Position numbers and translations under genes: made by a program. DNA of 64,000 nucleotides. Source: Trueperaceae bacterium. GTDB taxonomy: Bacteria; Deinococcota; Deinococci; Deinococcales; Trueperaceae. Below are positions 34,901 through 44,327 of this stretch, piece by piece. How positions within the stretch are numbered: the first letter of the stretch is position 1; every line of letters begins with the position of its first letter. The notes under the pieces are model-generated. The model was not told where the DNA came from and ran no database searches. It worked only from the letters and a program-made list of their open reading frames with translations. The DNA lies in assembly GCA_965214405.1 (NCBI GenBank), contig OZ243956.1, positions 4,288,001 through 4,352,000 on the forward strand, written 5' to 3'.

Positions 34901-35596
34901 GTGACGCCTCATTCGTCTAAACCTCTCGAGGCCAAATCTTCACAAACCAAACCTCCCAAACCTCTCGTCATCGGCCTCGCGGGCGGCGCGGGTTCGGGTA
35001 AAACTACCGTCGCGGACGCTATCGTGAGGGCCGCAGGAACCGCGCGGGTGGTGCTTTTGCCTCAGGACGCGTACTACCGGGCGCAGGCCGAGGTGCCTTT
35101 TGAGGCTCGAGTCAAAACCAACTACGACGAACCGAGCGCCTTTGACACCGACCTCCTCTTGCGCCACCTTGACGCGCTCGTGCGGGGCGAGCCCGTCGAG
35201 CGGCCCGTCTACAACTTTGCCGACTACGACCGCGCCACGCAGACCGTGACGCTCTCGCCCACGCCCGTGCTGGTGGTCGAGGGGATTTTGGTCCTGCACG
35301 AAAGGCGTCTGCGTGACAGGATGGCCTTGAAAGTTTTTGTCGACGCGCCGCCCGACGAGCGCTTTATCAGGCGGCTCGAGCGCGACGTGCGCGAAAGGGG
35401 CCGGAGCGCGGAGAGCGTCATCGACCAGTACCGCCGCACCGTCAAACCGATGCACGACTTGTTCGTCGAGCCCACCAAGGCGCACGCCGACCTCATCATC
35501 CCCGAGGGGGGCGAAAACAGGATCGCGCTAGAGGTTTTGAGCGCGTTTGTCGAAAAGGCGGTGGAGAGGATGGCGGGCGAAAAGACGGTTCATTAG
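34901..35596 (+). CDS. udk: Uridine kinase
   Basis: IGLAGGAGSGKTT, QDAYY, NYD.P.AFD, RRL.RD..ERGR, EPTK..AD.IIP; start approximate. Confidence 0.92.
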   Translation: MTPHSSKPLEAKSSQTKPPKPLVIGLAGGAGSGKTTVADAIVRAAGTARVVLLPQDAYYRAQAEVPFEARVKTNYDEPSAFDTDLLLRHLDALVRGEPVERPVYNFADYDRATQTVTLSPTPVLVVEGILVLHERRLRDRMALKVFVDAPPDERFIRRLERDVRERGRSAESVIDQYRRTVKPMHDLFVEPTKAHADLIIPEGGENRIALEVLSAFVEKAVERMAGEKTVH

Positions 35597-35720
35597 GATA
35601 CAGCCGAGCGTCCCGCACCCTGTCAGGCCACCTCCTTTAGGGGATAAACTGACCTAAGTATGACGAATCTTTCTACAAATCTGCACTTATCCACCAAAGG
35701 TACTCTGTGAAAGGCACCCC

Positions 35721-37565
35721 GTGACCCGCGCTACTCTGCAACGCATCCTCTGGGCCTGCGTGCTTTTGAGCCTCATCCCTGGGTTTATTTTGGCCGTGCG
35801 CCGCGTTGAGGCCGAGGGCACAAGCCGCACCGTCACGGTGGTGATGGACGAGCCCGCGCTGGCGGAGCAGGCGGCCTATTTGGGCGTGAGTTCGTTCGAG
35901 TTGGGCGAGCGCTACCGGGCGCTCGGGCTAAACGGGATTGCGCTCTATGAGGACGCCTTTGACACCGCCGAGACCGCGGGGCGCATCCTGATGCTGACGG
36001 GCGCGGAGGCGCGCGAACTCGCCTTGTCGTTGGGGGAGAATGTGGACGAACTGAGCCAAATTCCCGCCAACAGCACGTTGGTGACGGGGCTCGAGCCGGA
36101 CGTCATACCCCACATCCTCGCCAAAAACGCGCCCGCGCCTCAAGAAGTCGTGCTTGACGGACGCACCTGGTACGCCTACCCCGGCGAGGGCGACACGCGG
36201 CCCGCGGGTCCCGACTTGACCGCGCTCAAAGAGTGGAGCGACGCGGGCTGGGACGTCGCCTACCGCCCGCGCAACTATCCGAATCTTATGGACGTGGGCG
36301 AGGATTTTCCCGAAGAGGCGCACTACCTCATCCACTCGGGCTTGCAGGTCGCGGGGCAACCGGACGGCTTGAGCGAACTTGTAAGCGCTTCACAGGGCTA
36401 CATCACGGGCGTCATCGAGGGTACCGCGCAGGACGGCATGGGAGAGGTTATCCGCAAAATCCCGACGGCGCGGTTGTTGAGTTTTAACCAGGATTACATC
36501 AACCAACTCCTTAAACCGGGCGACCTCACCGACAAATACTTGCTCGCCGCCAACGAGCGCGGGGTGCGGATTCTTTACCTGCGGCCCTACACCGAGGAGC
36601 AGTTGGGCGACATGGTCGCCAATACCGAGGCGCTGGTGGGGGGGCTTAGAAGGGCGCTCGAGGCCGACGGCTTTACGGTGGGGCCGCTGGAGACGCTCGA
36701 GCTGAACTACCAAACGAATACCCTCTTGCGCGGGCTCTCGGCGGTGGGCGTGGTCGCGGCGCTCGGGCTTTTGGCGCTTCTTTATCCCGGCGTGTGGGGG
36801 CCTTTAACCGCCACGGCGGTGCTCGGGCTCGGCGTGGCGGCGGGCGGCCCCGGCTGGGACGCGCTCGCGCTGGCTGCCGCGCTCGCCTTTCCGGTGATTG
36901 GCTATGGGCACCTGCCCGAAAGGCTCAGCAGTCTCGGTCTGGCGACGCTCGTGTCCCTGTCGGGCGCGGTGCTCCTGGCGGCGGTCGGCAGCGACCGCGA
37001 GGCGATGCTGGCGATCACGCCCTTTGCGGGGGTGGCCGCCACGCTTGTCGTGCCGCCCCTTCTCTACTTGTTCCACGTCGCGCTGCGCTACCGCCGCCCG
37101 GCGGGCTGGGTCACGGGGTTCTGGCGCTATCCGGTGCGCCTGGGCGACGTGGCGGTGGTGCTTATCTTTATGCTTGCGCTCGCCGTGGTGGTGTTGCGGC
37201 GCGGCAACTTTCCGCTTATCGGCGCGTCGGGGGCCGAACTCGCGCTCCGTCAGGAACTTTCGCAGTGGTTTGTCAGACCGCGTTTCAAAGAACTTTTGGG
37301 GCACCCGCTGGCCGTGCTGGGTCTCGGCACCGCCTTGCCCGCGTCCCTGCGGGCGCTCCTACTCACGGGCGGGGTGGTGGCGCAAGCGAGCATCCTCAAC
37401 TCGTTTAGCCACTACCACACGCCGCTGCTCGTCTCGCTCCAGCGCACGCTTGTGGCGCTCGTGCTGGGCGCGCTGCTCGGTTTCGTGCTGCTACCCCTCG
37501 TACGCCTCGCCACGGGCGGCTTTAGGCGCTGGTTAAAGAGTGAGCCTGTCAAGAGCTGGCAGTAG
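35721..37565 (+). CDS. DUF5693 family membrane protein
   Basis: N-terminal anchor, ER.VRILYLRP, RRGN, RPRFKELLGHP, SILNSFSHYHTP; upstream of csaB. Confidence 0.8.
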   Translation: MTRATLQRILWACVLLSLIPGFILAVRRVEAEGTSRTVTVVMDEPALAEQAAYLGVSSFELGERYRALGLNGIALYEDAFDTAETAGRILMLTGAEARELALSLGENVDELSQIPANSTLVTGLEPDVIPHILAKNAPAPQEVVLDGRTWYAYPGEGDTRPAGPDLTALKEWSDAGWDVAYRPRNYPNLMDVGEDFPEEAHYLIHSGLQVAGQPDGLSELVSASQGYITGVIEGTAQDGMGEVIRKIPTARLLSFNQDYINQLLKPGDLTDKYLLAANERGVRILYLRPYTEEQLGDMVANTEALVGGLRRALEADGFTVGPLETLELNYQTNTLLRGLSAVGVVAALGLLALLYPGVWGPLTATAVLGLGVAAGGPGWDALALAAALAFPVIGYGHLPERLSSLGLATLVSLSGAVLLAAVGSDREAMLAITPFAGVAATLVVPPLLYLFHVALRYRRPAGWVTGFWRYPVRLGDVAVVLIFMLALAVVVLRRGNFPLIGASGAELALRQELSQWFVRPRFKELLGHPLAVLGLGTALPASLRALLLTGGVVAQASILNSFSHYHTPLLVSLQRTLVALVLGALLGFVLLPLVRLATGGFRRWLKSEPVKSWQ

Positions 37566-37599
37566 TGGGAGGCGTGAAGCTCGAGGGGCTAGCAGCATC

Positions 37600-37683
37600 G
37601 TGGGCAGCGTTATGAGCGACACTGCGAGCAACAGTTTGGGCGACATGGTGAGCGACAGTTTGGGCGACAATGTGGGCGGCGTT
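37600..37683 (+). repeat. Degenerate 12-bp tandem repeat (7 units)
   Basis: gtgggcagcgtt/atgagcgacact/gcgagcaacagt/ttgggcgacatg/gtgagcgacagt/ttgggcgacaat/gtgggcggcgtt. Confidence 0.7.
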
Positions 37684-37697
37684 GTGAAGAGGCTCGA

Positions 37698-38684
37698 GTG
37701 AACGTGCTCGTAAGCGGCTACTACGGCTTTGGCAACTTGGGCGACGAGGCGCTTCTCAGTGGGTTGGTCGGGGGCCTCACGGCAAGGGGTCACCGCGTTA
37801 CCGTCCTCTCTCGCAACCCCGCCCAGACGCGCCGACTGCACGGCGCTGAGGCCGCGCCTCGTAAGAGCTTGTTACCCGTCCTCTTGCAGCACGACGCGCT
37901 TCTATCGGGCGGGGGTGGGCTTTTGCAGGACAAGACGAGCGCGCGCTCCTTGCAATATTATTTGGGCGTCTTGCGCCTCGCCAAAGCTTTGGGAAAACGG
38001 ACCATCGTCTACGGTCAGTCGGTGGGGCCGCTCAGCGAGACCGGCAAGCGGTCGGTCGCGCGCGCGCTGCGCGGGGTGCGGGTGGCGGTCCGTGACGAAG
38101 CGTCCCGCGAGCTTCTGCGGACGCTCGGCGTGGAGGCTCGGCTCGTCGCGGACGCCGCGCTTCTTTTGGAGCCGCCCCACACGGCCCCGCCGCCGCCGGA
38201 CGCGCCCGTCTTGCTCGCGCCGCGCGGCGGCTATCCGGTCATCACCGAGGCGCTGGGGGCGCTCGCGGCGCGGTTGGAAGCGCAGGGGTTGAGAGTTTCA
38301 GCGCTCGCTTTACAGGCCGCGGAGGACGCGCCGCCCCTCGAGACGATGAAGCGAGCAGCACCAAATCTTGAGCTTCTCCACCCCAGCACACCCCAAGAGG
38401 CCCTGGGGCATATCGCCAACGCGTCTTACGTGGTGTCGGCGCGGCTCCACGGCCTCGTCTTGGCCGCCGTGTCGGCGCGGCCCTTTTGCGGCGTCGTCTA
38501 CGACCCCAAGGTGGCGGCCTTTTTGGAAGAGTCCGGCTCGAGCGCGCACCACCTCCCGCCGGACGTGCCGGGGCTCCTAGAGGACGTTTTGGCGCGCCGC
38601 GGGCCGGACCTAAAGCGCGTCGCCGCCCTGCGCGCGCGCGCTTCGGCGGGGCTCGAGTGGCTAGACGCCACTTTGCGCGCCTGA
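37698..38684 (+). CDS. csaB: Polysaccharide pyruvyl transferase CsaB
   Basis: SGYYGFGNLGDEA, GGGGLLQDKTS.RSL.YY, GQSVGP, RLHGLV, YDPKV. Confidence 0.93.
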   Translation: MNVLVSGYYGFGNLGDEALLSGLVGGLTARGHRVTVLSRNPAQTRRLHGAEAAPRKSLLPVLLQHDALLSGGGGLLQDKTSARSLQYYLGVLRLAKALGKRTIVYGQSVGPLSETGKRSVARALRGVRVAVRDEASRELLRTLGVEARLVADAALLLEPPHTAPPPPDAPVLLAPRGGYPVITEALGALAARLEAQGLRVSALALQAAEDAPPLETMKRAAPNLELLHPSTPQEALGHIANASYVVSARLHGLVLAAVSARPFCGVVYDPKVAAFLEESGSSAHHLPPDVPGLLEDVLARRGPDLKRVAALRARASAGLEWLDATLRA

Positions 38685-38833
38685 CAAATCCCTGATGAAC
38701 CCGTCTTTTTCTCCCTTCTGCTTCGCTCTCATCCTGGAGGTCTACAGTGAAAGGCATGGTTTCCAAAGGTATGGTGTCCGCGTCTCGAGCCCCCTCCCCC
38801 AACGCTACTCCTGCCTTTATAGGACCCGTCCGC

Positions 38834-39640
38834 ATGGCTAAACCTCTTTTTCAATTCTACTTGTGCGTCACCGCCTCCTGGCTTCTAGCGGGTGCGTACG
38901 CGCAAGACGCGCTGGGCGACATGAGGGCGCTCCTCGACAGCGGCTCCTACTACTACGCGGCGCAGGTGGCGGGGCCTGCGCTCGTGACCGAGAACCCCGA
39001 AGCGCCCGAGGCGCACTTTCTTTACAGCCGCGCGCTTTACCTCACGGGAGACGCGGCGGCGGCGGGGATGCAGTTGGGGGCGGCGCGCCGTCTCGCGGGC
39101 GGCGACACCCCCGCCTACCTGTGGCTGGACGGGCTCTTACAGGCGGCAACGGGCAATTTAGAGGAGGCCGAAAAACTCTTGCAAAGGGCCTTTTTGGAGG
39201 AACAGATAGAGGCTCAAACCGCAGGACAAACGGGCGAAACCGCCTACGAAATGGCGATGGACTGGGGCCGCGTCGCCTGGCAACGAGATGATGTCGAGGG
39301 CGCGTTGAGGGCGTTTGGGGCCGCCGCCACCACCGAAAGAGGTCAGCGGGAGCCGTGGCCCAACCTCAACCGCGGACGCCTGCTCCTCTACAGCGGCGAT
39401 TATGAGGCGGCCATCGCGGCTCTGGAGGCGGCCATCACCGTGTTTGAACAAAACGACACCTCCGCCGAGGGTCTGCCCTCTCCCGCCTACGTCGAGGCCT
39501 ACTACCGTTTGGGGCAAGTCTACGAATTGGAGGGTGATAGAGACACGGCGGCGCAGCACTACGACTTCGCGCGCGTCGTCGACCCCAATTACGCGCCCGC
39601 GCTCGAGGCGCTCGCACGCCTGAACGAGGCCCAACCGTGA
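38834..39640 (+). CDS. Exported tetratricopeptide-repeat protein
   Basis: Signal peptide ending AYA-Q; TPR-like repeats (EAYYRLGQVYE..GD...A...Y..A...DPNY). Confidence 0.75.
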   Translation: MAKPLFQFYLCVTASWLLAGAYAQDALGDMRALLDSGSYYYAAQVAGPALVTENPEAPEAHFLYSRALYLTGDAAAAGMQLGAARRLAGGDTPAYLWLDGLLQAATGNLEEAEKLLQRAFLEEQIEAQTAGQTGETAYEMAMDWGRVAWQRDDVEGALRAFGAAATTERGQREPWPNLNRGRLLLYSGDYEAAIAALEAAITVFEQNDTSAEGLPSPAYVEAYYRLGQVYELEGDRDTAAQHYDFARVVDPNYAPALEALARLNEAQP

Positions 39641-39939
39641 CTGTTTCTGAACGCTGTGAAACTCCGCGAAGCCGCTACACCACCCAGCCTCGAGAGCGCC
39701 GCGACTCGAGACACATTGACAGAACGGAAACAGAACGGAACGCCCTTCAAGGAAATGCGGACGCCGCAAGAGAAAATGTGAACCGTTTGTGTAAGATTTC
39801 ATACCGACATTTGCGAGGATTTGGCGGACCATTTAATCTATAGTGTTAGACATTTCCTCGCAGGCCGCGTGATGGTTACCACCCCAGTCAGTATCACCCC
39901 AAAACGCGCCGACGGATTGTCTGGCAGAGGAGGAAACCT

Positions 39940-40617
39940 ATGCTCAACGTAACGACGTCACTGCCGCAGCAGGCGTGCGAAACACCCGACATCGTGCCGC
40001 AAACTCTAGCGCACCCGACGCGCACGCTCGAGCCGGGCGCGGTCCTTTACGAAGCGGGGCGCGAAGCCGCCTCGCTCTACATCGTCAACGCGGGCGTGCT
40101 CAAGGCGGTCGTCCCTACCTCGTTAGGCCGCGACCGCATCGCCGACCTCTACGGCCCCGGTGACGTGCTGGGCACCGCCGCCATCGACGCAGGCCTCCAC
40201 GCCGAAACGGTTGTGGCGGTTCACGACGCGTGCTTGACCCCCTTGGACCCCCTTCAGGCGATGAACGACCGGACGCTGCGCGACTACATCGTGCGCTCGC
40301 TCGCCCGGCAGTTGCGGCGCTCGCGCGAGGCGATGGACGACGCCGAGTTGCCCGTGGGCGCGCGCGTGACGCGGGCCTTTCTGAGGCTCAGCGAACGCTT
40401 CGGCGGGGCCGCCGACGGCGAAGCGGGCGTCAAGCTGCCCCTGGCATTGACGCACGAGGATTTGGCGTCATTAACGGGTTCGTCGCGGGTGACCATCACC
40501 CGTATTTTGGGCGAGTTGAGGCAGGAGGGGGCGCTCTCGGGCACGCGCGGGGTCTACGTCGCCAATCCTGAGGGGTTGGAAAGAGCGACCGATCATTACG
40601 TCATGCAGGTGATTTAG
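39940..40617 (+). CDS. Crp/Fnr family transcriptional regulator
   Basis: cNMP-like barrel (LY.V..G.LK) and HTH LTHEDLASLTGSSRVTITR.L; SD GAGGAGG. Confidence 0.9.
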   Translation: MLNVTTSLPQQACETPDIVPQTLAHPTRTLEPGAVLYEAGREAASLYIVNAGVLKAVVPTSLGRDRIADLYGPGDVLGTAAIDAGLHAETVVAVHDACLTPLDPLQAMNDRTLRDYIVRSLARQLRRSREAMDDAELPVGARVTRAFLRLSERFGGAADGEAGVKLPLALTHEDLASLTGSSRVTITRILGELRQEGALSGTRGVYVANPEGLERATDHYVMQVI

Positions 40618-40673
40618 CCCTCGCCTTGCCTGGCGAGACCAACTCACACGGAAAAATCAGCAAGGTCGAGATG

Positions 40674-40718
40674 GAGAGCGGAGGCAACGGGAAAATCTCG
40701 TATTGCCTCCGCTTTCTC
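40674..40718. terminator. Hairpin between convergent Crp and methyltransferase genes
   Basis: GAGAGCGGAGGCAA...TTGCCTCCGCTTTC. Confidence 0.65.
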
Positions 40719-40755
40719 TTCCTTTTCAGGAGGTGTTCGTAGGCGAAATACCGCA

Positions 40756-41802
40756 TTAGGCGCGCTCGAGCCCGTACATCCTCGGATGATGCCCGCTGTG
40801 GGCCACGCGGACGCCCTCCACAAGCCGCCACGCGCTTTGTTCCCCGAGCACCCGCTCGAACAGCTTGATGTCATGGGTGAGGATGACGCACCGCGCGTTT
40901 GCCGTTCCCACGCGCGCCAGCTCCGTCAGAAGCGAGGGGTAAAGAGAAGCGTTTTCGCGGTGCGACCCGACCGCGTCGCCCCAGGGCACGTCGGCGACCA
41001 TCACGTCGAAAGAGTCCCCAGAAAACGTTAGCTGGGTCGCGTCGCCCTTTAGGAGGTCGATGTCACCTTGGAAGCCGCTCTTCAAAACGTTGGCTTGGGC
41101 GCACCCCAACGCCTCCGCATCGTTGTCAACCCCCACGAGTCGCGCCGCTTTGCCTGCCAAGCGCCGCTCGATGAGCAGGGTGCCTGAGCCGCACATGGCG
41201 TTGAGAAAGCGGTCGTCGGACCTCGCGCCCGCCACCTCGACCATCGCCGCCGCCAGCGTGGCGTTAAGGCCGCCCGCCCGGTTGCACACGCGCCAGTCTC
41301 GAGCCGAGAGCGGGCGTGGGGTGAGGCGGATGAGCACCTCCCAACTGCCTCGTGCCGGTCTCACGCGCAAGAGCAGGTCGCCCGTTTGGGCGTCGTAGGG
41401 GAGATTCAAAGATGATTCCAACGCTGCCGCCAACCGCGCGAACACCGCCGAGTCGCTGCCCGCCGCGCCGAAGCGGAAGCTCGTAAACTGGTCCGCGTGG
41501 TTTACCTTCCGAAGGGTTTCTACCAGCCTCGTCAAATGCTGGTGACCCAGAAGGGCTTTAGGACGCGGCACGTCAAAGTGGAGCGCGAGATAAACGGCCA
41601 CCACGGTGCGAAGCCCGCGCAAACGTTTTGCGTCACCGCCATAGGTAAAGCGCACCTCCCCCGGCGTCTCAGAAAGCACCCGGACACCCCGCAGACGCTC
41701 CAACTCCTCTCGAGCCAATCCCTCGAGCCCCGCTAAGGTCTCCGCCACGAGCTCGAGCCGCTCACCCGCATCCGTTGATATTCCCCGCGCTGGTCGCTTC
41801 AC
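40756..41802 (-). CDS. THUMP-like RNA methyltransferase (UPF0020/Trm14-RlmL type)
   Basis: GLE.LA..EL, PLS.R.WR, NATLAAAM, N.MCGSGTL.IE, D.PWG. Confidence 0.8.
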   Translation of the reverse strand: MKRPARGISTDAGERLELVAETLAGLEGLAREELERLRGVRVLSETPGEVRFTYGGDAKRLRGLRTVVAVYLALHFDVPRPKALLGHQHLTRLVETLRKVNHADQFTSFRFGAAGSDSAVFARLAAALESSLNLPYDAQTGDLLLRVRPARGSWEVLIRLTPRPLSARDWRVCNRAGGLNATLAAAMVEVAGARSDDRFLNAMCGSGTLLIERRLAGKAARLVGVDNDAEALGCAQANVLKSGFQGDIDLLKGDATQLTFSGDSFDVMVADVPWGDAVGSHRENASLYPSLLTELARVGTANARCVILTHDIKLFERVLGEQSAWRLVEGVRVAHSGHHPRMYGLERA

Positions 41803-42081
41803 GCCTCATGTTATCCCGCTACTGCTGCGTTCAGGTTTTTTCAGATGTCTTCACGGTGTATACACCGAAAGACGCGGCCTCCGCTTGTTTTGCGCTTATA
41901 CTTCTTGAGGGGTGGGTTAACTGTATGAAAGTTGACATCACGCTGACGTGGGGGCACTACACTAACGCTTTGGGGTGACGGACATGCCGCAGACGAACGC
42001 GCCGTTGATAGCTAGATGTGTGAGTGAAAGGGTGTTTGGGCCTTTTTCCGTGCCGCCCGCACGGTGGGGGAGAGTCCGCCT

Positions 42082-43278
42082 ATGGCCCTAGACGCGCTTC
42101 CAAATGGGACCAAACGGAAGCGTGTGAGCGACTTGAAACGCCGCGACTGGCTGACGGGTTACCTTTTCATCCTCCCGGCGGTGCTCGTCATCGCGGTGTT
42201 CGGGCTTTTTCCCATTGGCTACGCCTTTTACATGAGTCTTTATTCCTGGCGGGTTCGGCAGGGGCGCTTTTTGGGTCTGGAAAACTACCAGGACCTCGTC
42301 GGCTCCTGGGGCGGCGGCGCGCTCTTTTTGGGCGGCGTCGCGCTCATTTTGCTCGCGCACTGGCTCTGGACGGACGCGTTCAAGTCGAGCGGCTCGAGAG
42401 GAGGGGGCGCGCTGCGAGTCGGCAAAGTTGTCGGCGCGCTCGTCCTGCTCGGGGCGGGGACCATCTTCGCGCTCGGCTGGAATATGATGACGCGTAGCGG
42501 GGACGAGACGTTTTTGCGCTCGCTCGAGGTGACGCTCTACTACGCGCTCGGCACTGTGCCCCTCCAGATTGCGCTGGCGCTGGTGCTGGCTTATTTGCTC
42601 TTTCAAAATATCCGCGGGCAAGAGGGCTTTCGGATGGTCTACTTTTTGCCCTACGTCACGCCCGTGGTCGCGGCGGCGGTGGTGTTTAGGGGGCTCTTCA
42701 GCCCTCGAGCGGAGAGTTTCGTTAATCAGGTGATGGGCGTGTTCGGCGTCGCGCCGCAGCGCTGGCTTTTTGAGGCGACGCCGGTTTCAGAGCTTCTTTT
42801 CGGCGGGCTTTTCGCGCGGCTGGGGCTCGAGGCGTCCGGTTTCTGGGCGGGACCCAGCCTGGCACTCGTCACCATCATCTTGTTCGGCATCTGGACCTAC
42901 GTGGGCTACAACATGGTCATCTTTTTGGCCGGTCTGGGGGGCATCCCCAAAGAGCTCTACGAGGCCGCCGAGATCGACGGGGCCAACGGGGGCCAAAAGT
43001 TTTGGTCCATCACCGTGCCCTTGCTCTCGCCCGTGACGTTTTACCTGACGGTTCTGGGTTTTATCGGCACCTTCCAGGCCTTTAATCACCTCTACGTCAT
43101 GCGCGAGCCCTTCGCGCGGGGCACGGTGGACACCGCGAGCATCGTGATTTTTGACACCTTTTATAAGCGGAACAACTATTCGCTGGCGGCGGCGCAATCC
43201 ATTCTGCTCTTCGTCGTGATTTTGAGTCTTACGCTCGTGCAAAACCGGCTTTTCGGGAGGAGGGCGCTCCGTGGCTAG
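42082..43278 (+). CDS. Carbohydrate ABC transporter permease
   Basis: YLFILPA, R..YFLPYVTP, EAA loop LYEAAEIDGA. Confidence 0.92.
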   Translation: MALDALPNGTKRKRVSDLKRRDWLTGYLFILPAVLVIAVFGLFPIGYAFYMSLYSWRVRQGRFLGLENYQDLVGSWGGGALFLGGVALILLAHWLWTDAFKSSGSRGGGALRVGKVVGALVLLGAGTIFALGWNMMTRSGDETFLRSLEVTLYYALGTVPLQIALALVLAYLLFQNIRGQEGFRMVYFLPYVTPVVAAAVVFRGLFSPRAESFVNQVMGVFGVAPQRWLFEATPVSELLFGGLFARLGLEASGFWAGPSLALVTIILFGIWTYVGYNMVIFLAGLGGIPKELYEAAEIDGANGGQKFWSITVPLLSPVTFYLTVLGFIGTFQAFNHLYVMREPFARGTVDTASIVIFDTFYKRNNYSLAAAQSILLFVVILSLTLVQNRLFGRRALRG

Positions 43279-44200
43279 GGCCAACGTCGGCGGTTTGGAG
43301 GGCGCGGCGCAGGGGGCGGATAGGCTCGAGGCCAACAAGCGGATACAGAAGCGGGCCTCTAAAGCTCCCTACGAGTTCCGCCTCGTCCACCTGCCCATCT
43401 ACCTCGTGCTGCTCGTCGGGGCCATTGTCGCGGTGATACCCTTTTTTTACATGATCTCGACCTCGCTCATGACGTTGGGCGAGACCATCAACCGCCAAGT
43501 CCTGCCCGACGCGCCGCAGTTCGCCAACTACGCGGAGGCCTGGGGTGAGGCCGACTTTTCACAGTATTTCCTCAACAGCGTCATCATCACCGCGCTCACG
43601 TTGGCGGGGCTCCTCTTTACCTCCGTCCTGGCGGGCTATGCGTTCGCGCGCATCGAGTTTCCGGGCCGCGAGCTTGTCTTCATGATGCTCCTAGCCACCA
43701 TGATGATTCCCACCACCGTCACCTTTATCCCCAACTTCTTGCTCGTCCGCGGCGACGTGATTCCCTGGGGCTCGTGGCTCAACACGCTGCCCGCGCTCAC
43801 GGTGCCCTTTATGGCGAACGCGTTCTCCATCTTTTTGCTGCGGCAGTTTTTCGCGGGCATCCCCAACGAACTCTGGGACGCCGCGCGCTTAGACGGCGCG
43901 GGTCACACGCGCTTTTTGCGTTCCGTCGTCATCCCCATGAGCAGGCCCGTGATCATGACCGTCACGCTGTTGGGTTTTATCGTCGCCTGGAACGAATTTT
44001 TGTGGCCGCTTTTGGTCACCACCACCCCCACCTGGCGGCCGCTCATGGTCGGGCTGTACACCTTTATTACCGAGGCGGGACCCGAAACGCAGCTTCTCAT
44101 GGCGGGCGCGGTCATTACCATCATCCCGGTGCTCGTCATTTATTTCTTTACCCAAAAACAGTTTACCGAGGGCATCGCTACCTCGGGGCTCAAAGGATAA
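43271..44200 (+). CDS. Carbohydrate ABC transporter permease
   Basis: FLLRQFF..IP.EL.DAARLDGA, WNEFLWPL, QKQF.EGI..SGLKG. Confidence 0.92.
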   Translation: MARANVGGLEGAAQGADRLEANKRIQKRASKAPYEFRLVHLPIYLVLLVGAIVAVIPFFYMISTSLMTLGETINRQVLPDAPQFANYAEAWGEADFSQYFLNSVIITALTLAGLLFTSVLAGYAFARIEFPGRELVFMMLLATMMIPTTVTFIPNFLLVRGDVIPWGSWLNTLPALTVPFMANAFSIFLLRQFFAGIPNELWDAARLDGAGHTRFLRSVVIPMSRPVIMTVTLLGFIVAWNEFLWPLLVTTTPTWRPLMVGLYTFITEAGPETQLLMAGAVITIIPVLVIYFFTQKQFTEGIATSGLKG

Positions 44201-44327
44201 TGGGAGCGGCTCGAGTCTCTTCATTTAAGGCCCCTTCATTTAAGACCCTTCATTCAAGGCCTATGTGACAACCCTATGACAGTGGTACGTTGTAATGGGG
44301 CAGTGACCTAATTCACAAGGAGGATAC

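Noticed and set aside
37600..37683. CRISPR-like array
   Set aside because: Contiguous degenerate 12-mers without unique spacers; no cas genes in the window
40601..40756. 51-aa ORF MRYFAYEHLLKRKRK coupled to the methyltransferase stop
   Set aside because: Runs through the terminator hairpin and into the convergent Crp gene; no family signal
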